43,341 nt of DNA from Savitreella phatthalungensis. Its lineage: Eukaryota. The notes under the pieces were generated by a model, which was not told the origin of the DNA, ran no database searches, and saw only the letters and a list, made by a program, of their open reading frames with translations. Of this stretch, positions 12,494 through 24,450 are shown one piece after another. The stretch covers positions 186,001 through 229,341 of the forward strand of contig AP039711.1 in assembly GCA_051599415.1 (NCBI GenBank). Direction: 5' to 3'. A program made the position numbers and the translations under genes. Positions within the stretch are counted from its first letter, which is position 1. The number at the start of each line of letters is the position of its first letter.

Positions 12494-14047
12494 ATGGTCA
12501 TCGATAAGGCCACAAAGTATGATCGACAGCTGCGACTGTGGGGTCCTGATGGTCAAGAAGCCCTTGAGAACGCAAGCATTGCTCTCTTTGGAGCCACCGC
12601 CACAGGCTGCGAGACACTTAAAAATCTCGTTCTTCCAGGAATCGGCCAGTTCACGATCATAGACGACAAGCAGGTCAAGTACGAGGACTGTGGCGTCAAT
12701 TTCTTTGTTCGTCTGACAGATGTGAGCAGACCGCGCGCTGAAGTCGCTGTCGAACTTCTCAATGAGCTCAATACGGATGTGATTGGCCACGTATGGCACG
12801 AATCTCCCGAAGAAGCGGTCTACAGCAGCATGAGTCGTATCACAGAAACATTCGATCTCGTCATCGTGGCGGAAATGCCCTTGCCGGCCTTACACCGCCT
12901 GGCAGATCGTCTTTACGCGGAGGATATCCCACTGATCGTTGCGCAGACAAACGGATTCATCGGCAGGATACAAATTTCCATTCCCGAGCACACAGTCATT
13001 GAGACACATCCAGATACTTCAAGCGATCTGCGGCTCGACAAACCATGGCCAGACCTGCTGGAGCTTGCCGCGAACCTCGACCTATCAAGTCTGGACGATG
13101 AGGCTCATACACATGTACCATTCGTACTCCTTCTGCTGCATTACAAGCGTCTCTGGTTGACTGAGCACGGCAATCTCCCGACGACGTACGAGCAAAAGAA
13201 TGCTTTCAAAGACCTGATTCGTGCAGAAATTCGCAACAATGATGAGGAGAATTTTGACGAGGCGATCGCAAACGTGTGGCGAGCATGCGGTAAAAGCACC
13301 ATCAGTTCAGACGTGCAGCGCATCTTGGACGATGACAAGTGTAGACACTTGACAGCCAAAAGTACGATGTTCTGGTTCCTGGCCAGAGGCGTAGCCGACT
13401 TTGTCAACCTTTCAGAAGAGGGTGATGGGCTCTTGCCACTGAGCGGGGCTCTGCCCGATATGAAGTCTACGACAGAAGCATACGTACAGCTGCAGCACAT
13501 CTACCGGGCCAAAGCCAAGGTTGACGCTGGAAAAGTCTTGATCCATGTACAGGACCACCTCGCTTCTGTCGGCCTGTCTCGGGATAGATACTCTCAAGAA
13601 GAAGTGGAGCATTTCTGCAAGCACTCAGCGAATTTGAAGCTCTTACGTTACAGCAGCCTGAAGGACCAGACTCATTTCGACAAGCTACCTCTTGAGGATG
13701 GTGCCAGTGACCCATCAGCATTCGTCCTGGCTTATCATGCCGCGGAGCTCCAAGCTTCGCCAGAAGATTATCCGGGTCAGCGCAACGAAGCCGACTTGGC
13801 ATCTTGCACGCAGGCTCTGTTGACAACTACAGGGACATTGCTTGGCAGGAATCCTCCGAGCGCAGTTCACAAAGCTTGCGCGGAGCTTGTGCGTAGTGGC
13901 GGGGGAGAACTGCATAACATTGCTTCACTCGTGGGTGGCGTTGCGTCGCAGGAAGCGATCAAGCTTCTCACCAAGCAATATGTCCCGCTCAACAACACAT
14001 GGATCTTCGATGGCGTGCATAGCACGAGTCAAGTCTTCCAGCTGTAA
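12494..14047 (+). CDS. ULA1: NEDD8-activating enzyme E1 regulatory subunit (APP-BP1/Ula1)
   Basis: KYDRQLRLWG, ETLKNLVLPGIG, EHTVIETHP, LPLSGALPDM, ELHNIASLVGGVASQEAIKLLTKQYVP. First ATG at 12494. Confidence 0.93.
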   Translation: MVIDKATKYDRQLRLWGPDGQEALENASIALFGATATGCETLKNLVLPGIGQFTIIDDKQVKYEDCGVNFFVRLTDVSRPRAEVAVELLNELNTDVIGHVWHESPEEAVYSSMSRITETFDLVIVAEMPLPALHRLADRLYAEDIPLIVAQTNGFIGRIQISIPEHTVIETHPDTSSDLRLDKPWPDLLELAANLDLSSLDDEAHTHVPFVLLLLHYKRLWLTEHGNLPTTYEQKNAFKDLIRAEIRNNDEENFDEAIANVWRACGKSTISSDVQRILDDDKCRHLTAKSTMFWFLARGVADFVNLSEEGDGLLPLSGALPDMKSTTEAYVQLQHIYRAKAKVDAGKVLIHVQDHLASVGLSRDRYSQEEVEHFCKHSANLKLLRYSSLKDQTHFDKLPLEDGASDPSAFVLAYHAAELQASPEDYPGQRNEADLASCTQALLTTTGTLLGRNPPSAVHKACAELVRSGGGELHNIASLVGGVASQEAIKLLTKQYVPLNNTWIFDGVHSTSQVFQL

Positions 14048-14071
14048 ACGTGTAATCTCATGACATTATGA

Positions 14072-14785
14072 CTAGTAACCTCCCTGTGCGCCCTGTTCTG
14101 CTCCCGTCACGATTGCCACGGACGCGGAGCAGCCTAATCGAGATGCACCTGCGGCTAGCATGCCACGAGCATCCTCGGTCGTTCGGATGCCCCCGGAGGC
14201 TTTGACCTGCAGGCCTTGCGATGCGACTTCTTCATGCATGATACGGACATGCTCGACTTTGGCACCACCGCCTCCAAATCCGGTGGAGGTCTTGACGAAC
14301 GCTGCTCCACCGGCGATCGACAACTTGCATGCCCGACGAATCTCATTCTCGCCTTGTAGGAGGGACGTCTCGATGATGACCTTAACGATCGCCGGCTTGC
14401 TGGCTTTGACGACGGCCTTGATATCATCGACAATCAGTTCATCTGCATCTCGCGTATTCTCCCGCAGCAAGCCTACCCCGATGACCATGTCGATCTCATG
14501 CGCACCGTCTGCCACGGCAGTCCGGGCTTCGAAGGCTTTGCTCTCCGAGCTTGCCGCACCGAGCGGAAAGCCGACGACGGCGATAGGTACAGGCCCACTG
14601 TGACTGCTCGCGTCTGCTCGCAAGGGCGAGCCCAGGACTTCTCGTGCAAGTTGGATATGCGAAGAGTTCACGCAGACTGTCGCGAACTTATGCGTCAAAG
14701 CCTCTTGACAGATTTGTCTGATCTGCGCACGCGTCGCATCCGCGGACAGGATTGTATGATCTATGTGCTGTGCAATACCCGCCAT
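14072..14785 (-). CDS. deoC: Deoxyribose-phosphate aldolase (DeoC/DERA)
   Basis: IDHTIL, VGFPLGA, EIDMV, KVIIET, FVKTSTGF (Schiff-base Lys), VKASGGIR. Likely start MAGIAQHIDHT at 14785. Confidence 0.93.
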   Translation of the reverse strand: MAGIAQHIDHTILSADATRAQIRQICQEALTHKFATVCVNSSHIQLAREVLGSPLRADASSHSGPVPIAVVGFPLGAASSESKAFEARTAVADGAHEIDMVIGVGLLRENTRDADELIVDDIKAVVKASKPAIVKVIIETSLLQGENEIRRACKLSIAGGAAFVKTSTGFGGGGAKVEHVRIMHEEVASQGLQVKASGGIRTTEDARGMLAAGASRLGCSASVAIVTGAEQGAQGGY

Positions 14786-14913
14786 GCTCGCGCTGCAACA
14801 TTTGATGGATCCTGAACCGTGTCTTTGAGACTTAGCTGGTTTCCTCATTCGGACATAGCCGAACATGTGAATTTTATACGCTACATGAGGAAAAATTGAA
14901 GCGGCAAAAGACG

Positions 14914-16624
14914 TTAGGAGTCGTGGTCGTCATTATCCGCATTATCGCGGTCGTTGCGCTTGGCCGTCTCATCAATCACCTTGCGGAAGTCTGTTCGGCT
15001 GATGACAAAGATCTCTGTGGTAGCGACGATGAGTAAGGCCAGGAAACATGCCAATCCAGATGCCATACAGACCCATATGTGCGGGGAAAGCGAGCGCAAT
15101 ACCCGCCGGCAGGGCCACGGCATAGTACGCAGGTAGGTTGACAGCTGCAGCAATTGCCTGCTTCCCGAGTCCGCGGAGAACACCCTGTGCGACTGCAGCG
15201 AGAGCATCGAAACAGCCGAAGAAAGCGAGGAAGGGAATCACTTCGGAAACGAGGACGATCACCTCTGGATCGCGCGAGAACATGTGGCCCCACTGCTTGC
15301 GGAACACAAATAGCAGAACAGCCGCAGCAATAGCGTTGACGACTCCAAACCCGATGGCTACGCGAGCGCAAATTCTTGCGGGCTGCTCAGTGCCGGCACC
15401 GACCAGATTGCCAATGCGCGTAGCCGTAGCAACAGAGATAGCGAACGGGATTTGGAAAAGGATCGAGGATGACGTGTTCAGGATGGACTGTGCCGCAAGT
15501 TGAGGCGTGCCGAGCCAGGACGAGAAGACGCTCAAGACCTCAAATGCCGCCCATTCGCTAAGAATCATCAAAACTCCAGGAATCGCAAGCTTGATCATCG
15601 GACCCCAATTCGAGAAGGCGCGCTTGCTGAATCCACCCCAGGCATCCTTGTCATCGAAGAAATAGATGTATAGTAGCAGAAGTCCCGCCTGAAGCCAGAA
15701 AGTGAGCACTACGGCGGTTGGGGCTCCAACAAAGCCGATTCCGATCCGTTCGTCCCATACAAGGACGTAATTCAGGACAATGTTGATAGGTGCCGAAATG
15801 AACAAGCAATACGTGCCCGCTCGAAAATCACCTTTGGCCTGGGTATACCGCTTCAGCGTTTCAAAGACCGCCATGGCGGGCACCCCGAGGAGAAATCGCT
15901 GAAGATACTGTCCGCTCAGTCGTGCAATCTCGGGGTCTTGGCGAAGCAATAGCATGAGCGCTTCGCCATTCAAGAAGACGAGTGCAACAGGAATGTGAAG
16001 CAGGACAAGAAGCAGGAGACATCGCTGAACGTGTACCCCGACCAGTTCCTTCCGCCCCGCTCCGTATGCTTGAGGACAAAGGGTGTCGAGCGAGGATATA
16101 CAACCTTGAAAGAGGGAGAAGGCCATGATTGCGGATACCATGGTTGACAGACTCGAGGCACCAAGCTCTTTCGTGCCGAGGCGCCCGAGTGAGAAGACTG
16201 TAGAGAATTGCTCGGACGCCTGAAGCAGGAACGTGATGATGAGCGGCAGACTAGTGCGACCGAGAACGCGCGACTCATGTCGCCAGGTAGACTGTACGCG
16301 GTTGCCCTCTACCGCCTCATCCCAGAGATCATCAGTGTCCGTCTTTGGCAGCAAGGGCGAGTTCTCGGACGGAATTGCCCTGGATGTATTAGACGCTCCC
16401 GCTGCCCGAGTGTCTTGAGCACTCGTCCTGAGCAGTTCGCGCTCTTCGTCGTGACATGCCTCTTCCTCCTCAGCGGTCAAGTGTCCCGCAGGTAACGGTG
16501 AGGATGCAAGCAGCGCCGGCCGGGCGAATCCCGCCGCGAAACTCTGCCGACGATAAGAATTAGCTAGCGAGTGTTTGCCATGGGCATGGCCATCGCGCGA
16601 GCTGCGCCGCGGCCTGATGTCCAT
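14914..16624 (-). CDS. MATE-family efflux transporter with an apparent 1-bp frameshift at ~15044
   Basis: MATE motifs LDTLCPQAYGA, KLAIPG..SEW.AFE, TRIGNLVGAG, GVLRGLGKQ. The final TM helix and tail (MFLALLIVATTE...TDFRKVIDETAKR) continue in the adjacent frame to a stop at 14914. Confidence 0.85.
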
Positions 16625-16754
16625 GACTAGGCCCTCCCTATATGCTGTCTGATTTACACCGAGCCGTTGCACGTTTCAAAACGACACAATTTTTATCTCT
16701 CTCGTGTTGCGGGATCTTTATGTCTATCATTTCCAAAATAAGCCAAACGGACCG

Positions 16755-18212
16755 CTAGCCGCTCCACTCTGGTGCCACTTCCTTCTTACCGAGTGCGTAC
16801 GGCACGATGCCAGATACGTGTGTCTCTGGACCGTACACGCGCATTGGCAGCTTGAGCCGCTCTCCACATGCTTTTATGGCACGAAGTCCTTCCTGATAAT
16901 TTGGTCCTGCACGCCGCACCCAGATCTGAACGTTGTGGGTGTGGAAGGCGCCAGCGAAATCTGTAAGAGCACGAATGATGCCCTTAAAAGTGGAAGCAAC
17001 GTTTGTGAAGTTCGCGATACCACCGCCAATGAAAAGTATTTTGCCCTGCGGGTTGGCTTCGCCGCGGGTCATGAGCTCGAACACTGTCTTAGCGTACTCG
17101 TATGTCTGCGCCTCCGAAGGCGCACCAGAATATTCTCCGTAGTTTGCTAGGTCGTCGGCAAAGCCATTTGCAGCAATCGCGTCTGCGTAGACCACGGAAG
17201 CACCTCCACCGGCCACAAGTGTCCAAATACGACCCTGCGGATTGAGCACAGTGAGCTTGAGCGAGGCACCAGTCTTCGCGTCCAGGTCTGCAATGTAAGC
17301 CTCCTCCTTTGAAAGCTCGCGGCCGAAGGGAGCCGGAAATTCGATGGGCGGACCTGCGTCGGCGCTGATCTTCGTGGACTGAACAGCCCTGAGGCCGACA
17401 TGAGCCGGTGCGCGAGCAACGGCCCATTTGCTGCCGGCCTCGAACTCTGCTGTCTGATCCAGCTTCGCTGCGAGGTCGAGGTAGTGCACGGAGGCTCCTG
17501 TCTCGTCCGGGATGACGACAAGCGGGTTGATCTCGAGCAAGGTGAATTGACAGTCAACGTAGACAGCGTATAGACGAGAGATGAAGTCGACGAGCACGTC
17601 GTGGACCTGTGCGGGAACCTTCTTGAGGAGGGTTGAAGCGATCACCTCGCGGGACGGGAACTCGGACAGATCAACGGGCACTAGCAGCTTCTCTGCCTTT
17701 GCATCCACATCGCCGATGTCGACACCGCCTTCGTGTGAGAACCAGATCCAGTCACCCTCGCGCACGCTCATGATGTTGATGTAGTACTCGGTCTCCTGAG
17801 GATGTGGCACGAACGGCTCGACGAGGAATGTCCGCAAATACCCACTAACGTGCTCGACGGGCTGCTTCTTGCCAGCTCGCTCCTCAATCCAAGTCCGGGC
17901 TTCCTGCCAGGTTGCGTTGAGCTTCAGCAAGCCTGCTTTACCACGACGCTTGATCAGCATGTCGGGCTTCGCAACAAGCTTTGTCGTCTGGAGCCAACTG
18001 CCGTGATCCTGCTCTGTCTGGTCAAGCACCTGCTTGACGTGTGCTGCATAGTCCTGCACCTCTTCCGGGGATTCAAATTGGATCGATGCAAGTTGGACAG
18101 CGCCAGTCTTGCTCTCTGTCTTGTAGGCAGATTGCGAGACAGATGGTGATCTGCTCAGCCAGTATGCCAAGATGGCTTTGCCATCATACTCCCGAATAGC
18201 TTTTGCAGACAT
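16755..18212 (-). CDS. acl2: ATP-citrate lyase small subunit
   Basis: MSAKAIREYDGK, AKPDMLIKRRGK, LDAKTGASLKLT, VAGGGASVVY, NYGEYSGAP, GGGIANFT. Confidence 0.95.
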   Translation of the reverse strand: MSAKAIREYDGKAILAYWLSRSPSVSQSAYKTESKTGAVQLASIQFESPEEVQDYAAHVKQVLDQTEQDHGSWLQTTKLVAKPDMLIKRRGKAGLLKLNATWQEARTWIEERAGKKQPVEHVSGYLRTFLVEPFVPHPQETEYYINIMSVREGDWIWFSHEGGVDIGDVDAKAEKLLVPVDLSEFPSREVIASTLLKKVPAQVHDVLVDFISRLYAVYVDCQFTLLEINPLVVIPDETGASVHYLDLAAKLDQTAEFEAGSKWAVARAPAHVGLRAVQSTKISADAGPPIEFPAPFGRELSKEEAYIADLDAKTGASLKLTVLNPQGRIWTLVAGGGASVVYADAIAANGFADDLANYGEYSGAPSEAQTYEYAKTVFELMTRGEANPQGKILFIGGGIANFTNVASTFKGIIRALTDFAGAFHTHNVQIWVRRAGPNYQEGLRAIKACGERLKLPMRVYGPETHVSGIVPYALGKKEVAPEWSG

Positions 18213-18489
18213 GGTCGTGCGAGACACTGTGGTGACTGGAGTACCAGGAGCTTTGTCTCTTGATGTATGTGTGCTAGTGGTGTGTTCAAGGTCTGTGTGT
18301 GTCCAAACAGGTCTGAGTCAAGGTATCCGTAGTCAGTCGTGCCACTCACGAGCACGAGGACTCACAGGTGTAGTTCACCACGGTCACCACCAGCAAACTC
18401 AGTTGCTCCGCGATCAATATCGAAAGGGCGCTGCTCAGTTACTGCAAGTTCACTACAGCCGTAGGCTAAGGTCAGATCAGCAATCAGAA

Positions 18490-18503
18490 TTTTCGCGCGA
18501 AAA
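18490..18503. promoter_or_regulatory. Perfect 14-bp palindrome TTTTCGCGCGAAAA in the acl2/acl1 bidirectional promoter
   Basis: Seen directly. It contains CGCGAAA (SCB-like) on both strands; function is inferred. Confidence 0.4.
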
Positions 18504-19098
18504 AAAAGGTGGGACCATTTTTGGATTTGAAGGACAGAATGGAGTTCTATGCAGGCTTCGCTCATAGACTGTTCCCACTCGATCGAAGGTCGATATACAA
18601 GCCACTGTTTTTAATCTGAATGAGGTGATGAGCACGATCAAATTTTGCCCAACCAGAAAAGACACCAATGAGACAACAGAATCACCCAACCACTGCCGAT
18701 CATCGAACCAATCACACAAATCTTACTCCTTCCATGCGTCCGAAACCAGGATAAACTCTTTCAATCGCCCCGAGGCATGGATACTACCACTCCCGCTCGG
18801 TAAATCGTGACTGTACGTGTTTCAATCAAAACCCTGTTGTTCCTGTTCAATTTCCTGCTCTCAACCTCTTGGGCATTGATCCTTCTGTCACTCTCGGATT
18901 CAAACCTGCCGACTGTAGTAGCTAGGTTCACTGCTCGCCGAACGTGGGCTGACTGAGTGAGTGAGTTAGTGAGTGGCTTGCTCACTGAGTGACTGACTTG
19001 CTTTGCTGTCCGTATCACCACGACGGTCGTCCTTCGTCGGAGCTAGTCTGCAATAGAAGATACAGTCTCAAGATTCAGTTAAGACAACTCTTTTCAAC

Positions 19099-21030
19099 AT
19101 GGTTACGCAGGTCAACGGGTCTTCTGACGCTATGCCTCAGCATGGTCTAGGCGAGCTGTTCGATAGCAACACCAAGGCATTTGTCTACGGTCTCCAGCCA
19201 AAGGCAGTCCAGGGCATGCTTGACTTTGACTTCATTAGCGGTCGATCCCAACCCTCCGTCAGTGCTATCATCTATCCGTTCGGTGGACAGTTCGTGTCGA
19301 AGATGTACTGGGGAACAAAAGAGACACTTTTGCCCGTGTACCAGTCTGTCAAGACGGCCTGTGAGAAGCATCCCGAGACGTACGTTGTCGTCAATTTCGC
19401 CTCTTCCCGATCTGCGTACGCTTCAACAATGGAACTTCTCGACTTCCCGCAAATCAAGGCCATCGGCATCATCGCCGAAGGCGTGCCGGAGCGTCGTGCC
19501 CGCGAGATCCTCGTGAAGGCTGAGCGCAAAGGAGTCACCATCATTGGACCGGCCACGGTCGGTGGCATCAAGCCTGGTTGCTTCAAAATCGGCAATACTG
19601 GTGGCATGATGGACAACATTGTCGCATCCAAGCTTTACCGTGCTGGATCGGTTGGATATGTTTCCAAGTCCGGAGGCATGTCGAACGAGCTTAACAACAT
19701 CATCTCGCAGAACACCGACGGAGTTTATGAGGGTGTGGCCATCGGCGGCGACAGGTACCCTGCCACAACTTTCATCGACCATCTGGTCCGCTACGAAGCC
19801 GAGCCCTCTTGCAAGATTCTCGTTCTGCTTGGCGAGGTCGGTGGTGTAGAGGAGTACAAGGTGATCGAGGCTGTGAAGACTGGTAAAATTACCAAGCCGA
19901 TCGTTGCTTGGGCTATCGGAACCTGTGCCAGCATGTTCAAGACAGATGTGCAATTCGGCCATGCCGGCTCGTTCGCCAACTCGCAACTGGAGACGGCCGC
20001 TGCTAAGAACGCCGCCATGAAGGCCGCTGGCATACACGTGCCAGACACTTTCGAGGACATGCCACAAGTACTTGCTGAGGTCTATAAGGATCTTGTCAAG
20101 AAGGGCACGATCGTTCCGAAGCCCGAGCCTACTCCTCCAAAGATTCCCATGGACTACGCCTGGGCACAGGAGCTCGGTCTGATCCGCAAGCCTGCATCCT
20201 TCATCTCCACCATCTCCGATGATCGTGGTCAGGAGCTCGTCTACGCTGGCATGAACGTGTCCGATGTCTTCAAGGAGGACATCGGCGTTGGCGGTGTTAT
20301 GTCTCTGCTTTGGTTCAAGCGCAGACTGCCTGGATACGCCACGAAGTTCCTCGAACTTGTTCTTATGCTCACAGCTGACCACGGCCCGGCCGTGTCAGGT
20401 GCTATGAACTGTATCATCACGACCCGTGCAGGCAAAGACCTCATTTCCTCCCTCGTGTCTGGTCTTCTGACGATTGGTACACGTTTTGGCGGTGCCCTCG
20501 ATGGTGCAGCAGAGGAGTTCACCGGCGCCTTCGACAAGGGACTCTCGCCCCGTCAGTTCGTCGACATTATGCGCAAGCAAAACAAGCTCATTCCTGGCAT
20601 CGGCCACAAGGTCAAGTCACGGCAAAATCCTGATCTTCGTGTCGAACTTGTCAAAGAGTACGCTCACAAGAACTTCCCGAACACCACCTTGCTCGATTAC
20701 GCCATCGCTGTGGAGACAGTCACTACTTCGAAGAAGGACAACCTGATTCTCAACGTCGACGGCGCCGTGGCAGTTTGCTTCGTTGACCTCATGCGCAACT
20801 GCGGCGCCTTCTCCGCAGAAGAGGCTGAGGACTATCTCAAGATGGGCGTCCTCAATGGTCTATTCATCCTTGGCCGATCGATTGGTCTTATGGGACACCA
20901 CTTCGACCAGAAGCGTCTGCGCACTCCGCTTTACAGGCATCCGTGGGACGACATCAGCTACATCATGTCCGACTACTCGAGCGGAGAGAAAGCAGAGCGC
21001 CGCGTCGAGGTCTCCGCAAACAAACTTTAG
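19099..21030 (+). CDS. acl1: ATP-citrate lyase large (catalytic) subunit
   Basis: [27 protein letters not shown] (phospho-His), [29 protein letters not shown]. Confidence 0.96.
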   Translation: MVTQVNGSSDAMPQHGLGELFDSNTKAFVYGLQPKAVQGMLDFDFISGRSQPSVSAIIYPFGGQFVSKMYWGTKETLLPVYQSVKTACEKHPETYVVVNFASSRSAYASTMELLDFPQIKAIGIIAEGVPERRAREILVKAERKGVTIIGPATVGGIKPGCFKIGNTGGMMDNIVASKLYRAGSVGYVSKSGGMSNELNNIISQNTDGVYEGVAIGGDRYPATTFIDHLVRYEAEPSCKILVLLGEVGGVEEYKVIEAVKTGKITKPIVAWAIGTCASMFKTDVQFGHAGSFANSQLETAAAKNAAMKAAGIHVPDTFEDMPQVLAEVYKDLVKKGTIVPKPEPTPPKIPMDYAWAQELGLIRKPASFISTISDDRGQELVYAGMNVSDVFKEDIGVGGVMSLLWFKRRLPGYATKFLELVLMLTADHGPAVSGAMNCIITTRAGKDLISSLVSGLLTIGTRFGGALDGAAEEFTGAFDKGLSPRQFVDIMRKQNKLIPGIGHKVKSRQNPDLRVELVKEYAHKNFPNTTLLDYAIAVETVTTSKKDNLILNVDGAVAVCFVDLMRNCGAFSAEEAEDYLKMGVLNGLFILGRSIGLMGHHFDQKRLRTPLYRHPWDDISYIMSDYSSGEKAERRVEVSANKL

Positions 21031-21165
21031 ACGCACTAAACTTTATAGAAGAAATCTGCCCGAACAAATTTTGGTGACGTAGTTCATGCACAAATTTTTA
21101 CTCAGAAACTCTGCATTGCAGCTAGTGATGCACGTTGGTGGCGGGGTTTCCTGATCAATCCGCAA

Positions 21166-21891
21166 ATGCCTTGTCAAATCCGCAAGCTTGGAGTACGAAC
21201 GCTTTCTTCAGGCAGGTCCGGCAAACCATTTAGGTCTTCGACGATGCTAAAGGCGAGGGGCAGCTGCGCATGTCGCTACGTCGCCGCTCCGGCAAGACGA
21301 GTCAAGTATTTCGCCAGCGTCGCCGCCCGGCCCGCAGCATTCCCCCGCGCCGGACTACGCAGCACTAGCTGCGTGCAAGAACTCTGGTTCAGTGAACAGA
21401 CGGATGGAGTGCGCCTGTCCAAGGCCGAACTGGCCAAGCGCATTGAAGCGCTCGTAGATCTTGACGAGCCCACGGCAAGCACAGTAAAAGAAGAGATTTC
21501 GAGCCGCATTGACAGCCGCATATCAATGCTCGTGGGCGAAATAAAGCATACGGACGTGCACCATGACGGCCAACAGTGTGTGCATTCTGTCATGCTAAGC
21601 CGTATTTGTTCTCCGAGGACAATTCTTTCGGGCCGCACATCGACTAAACTGCTCGCCGGTCGCAAAGTGGTCGTCTTGACAAATTTCCCCTGGAAGGACA
21701 CGGCAGGTGTGCTATCGCAAGGCATGCTCGTCTCAGACGCTCAAGGAGAGCTTCTGACACCTTCGAATGGACTCAACGTTGGCGACAAGCTCACGCTCGC
21801 AGACGAAGGTTCCATTATCGATAGCCTCGCATTTGACGAGCAGGGATTTGCGGTCCTGCGTCGCGGTGAGCTCATCAAAGCCGATGACTAA
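21166..21891 (+). CDS. Stand-alone tRNA-binding OB-fold protein (Trbp111/CsaA/EMAP-II-like) with an Arg/Ala/Ser-rich, possibly mitochondrial, N-terminus
   Basis: PRTILSG...GRKVVVLTN...GVLSQGML resembles the tRNA_bind fold. Alternative start ATG at 21244. Confidence 0.6.
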   Translation: MPCQIRKLGVRTLSSGRSGKPFRSSTMLKARGSCACRYVAAPARRVKYFASVAARPAAFPRAGLRSTSCVQELWFSEQTDGVRLSKAELAKRIEALVDLDEPTASTVKEEISSRIDSRISMLVGEIKHTDVHHDGQQCVHSVMLSRICSPRTILSGRTSTKLLAGRKVVVLTNFPWKDTAGVLSQGMLVSDAQGELLTPSNGLNVGDKLTLADEGSIIDSLAFDEQGFAVLRRGELIKADD

Positions 21892-21983
21892 CTAACTCTC
21901 TCACGCTCTTTTCTAACGACTCTCTTTACATAGCGAAGGCAACATGATCTGTCATAAAGCTGTTGGTACATAAATATCCGTGG

Positions 21984-22741
<758 letters not shown>

Positions 22742-22816
22742 TCAGATCTTCACGGAAATACGTACTTGTTCGTCTGTCAAAAGTCATCGATCATATTATG
22801 TTACAACGAGCAAGGA

Positions 22817-23702
22817 TCACAGCTCGTCATCCTCAGCAACTGCGGACTCGTCAAGCCAAGAAGAAGCACTAGCAATGGATGATTGACGTGGCGCAGGCAC
22901 AGCGCCCCCGAGCCGGCGAATTTCGGATTCGAGCTGGGCTTCGCGATCCTCATGCTCGCGCACGACTTGTTGAAGCTGGCGAATGTACTCGACGGATTTG
23001 CGCAATATCATCCCCTTGTTGGGTTTCGCCGTGCTCGTCGTGCTCGGCGGACCACCGCTGGTCGGCGTGGTCACCTCCTGTTTGATTGCCGGCTGGGAAA
23101 TACCATTCCCCGAAGGCGGCGGAATGATTGGCACGAGCACTGCAAGTTCTTGGATCTGCTCATTGATGTTGTCCCTGCGACGACGCTCCACAGCGTTGTG
23201 CGAATAGCGGCGCATAGCCTTTCTTTCTGCGACAGTTGTTGTGCTGCGAGCGGCTCCTCCGACATTGACGGAGTTGCCGTTCGGAATGCTCATGCTCCGC
23301 CGACCGGAGTGAGACTGAGAGTGCGAGTGGCCTAGAAAGCTGGGCGAGTCCAGGGACGATCCCCAACCCGGAGAGTGCTGTTGTGGGGGCTGTGGGATGG
23401 GAACACCCGCTGGTAGCATTGTAGGCCGGCCTTGTGCTCTGCCGTCGTGCCCGGGACCAAGGCTGTTCAGCATTTCGTGGGAGAGATGCAGACTGTGGCC
23501 TGCTTCGGTCGAGTCTGTCGTGCAATCGTTATTTGCCCGAGCGTAGCCTTGCCAATCGAGGGATTCTGCGATCTCTTGGTCAGAAAACGCATGCGACTGG
23601 GGTGGTGGGAACGGTGGCATGTAGTGGTGGGCGTGCGCGTGCGCATGAGCATGCGTGTGCGAATGGCCTTGTGGACCGGGATGTGGTCCCGCTGAATGCA
23701 GT

Positions 23703-23737
<35 letters not shown>

Positions 23738-23935
23738 ATGTTGTTGTTGTTGCTGCTGCTGCTGATGCGGCTGAGACTGGACTCCCGAAGCCGGTCCGTG
23801 ACCACCGGATCCTAGTGAGGGATAGCCAAGGTGTCGGGTCTGCATGAGTGCAAAGTCGCTGTCGCTCAACAGGTGCATTGGCTTTCTGTCCAGGTCGATA
23901 GCAAACTCGATCGGAAATCCGTGTGCACTCATCAT
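22817..23935 (-). CDS. bHLH(-zipper) transcription factor, USF/MITF/Rtg3-like, with polyQ
   Basis: SHNAVERRRRDNINEQIQEL...KPNKGMILRKSVEYIRQLQ. Confidence 0.88.
23702..23764 (-). repeat. CAG/CAA trinucleotide tract encoding polyQ
   Basis: Q8-H-Q12 run in the bHLH ORF. Confidence 0.85.
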
Positions 23936-24450
23936 GGTGAAAGGGAGACCTAGTCCAATTTATGCGTGTGCGCTGTCGCTGGGCAATCTCGCGCGCAGGC
24001 CTTCCTCCAGAATCCGACTGCAGCGCAGATCGGGGCGCACGGGCAGGTAGGCGCCACTCCTCGCGTGTCGAGCGCTATCTCTAGCTCGTACGTGCTCTTC
24101 CGCAACGGGCGTGGGTGCGCGCGTGTCGCAGAGGTTCTCGGACGATAGCCGAGATGAGTTGTTTCGGATTGATGTCCGCCTAGGATCGAATCTCGATGTC
24201 GCCCTAGTTCCCGTCTCCTTCGTCGTCCGTGTCTTCACAACTTGTTGTGTGTAGCTACAGCCTATGGCGACCCACCCGAAGGGCGCGGATGTTGCGACGT
24301 TCGAGCTCCACATTGAAATCTGGGGTAAATCTGACATCGGCCGACGGCTTCCGCGGAATAATTACATTGTGTTTAGATTTCCCTCTATCGAGCGGAAGAT
24401 CGGCCCAGGCTGAAGGAGATCAATCTATGCCACATTTTACAAGAATTCTC

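Noticed and set aside
3293..21030. Metabolic gene cluster (URA2, deoC, MATE, ACL)
   Set aside because: Interspersed with unrelated genes and with no coherent pathway logic.
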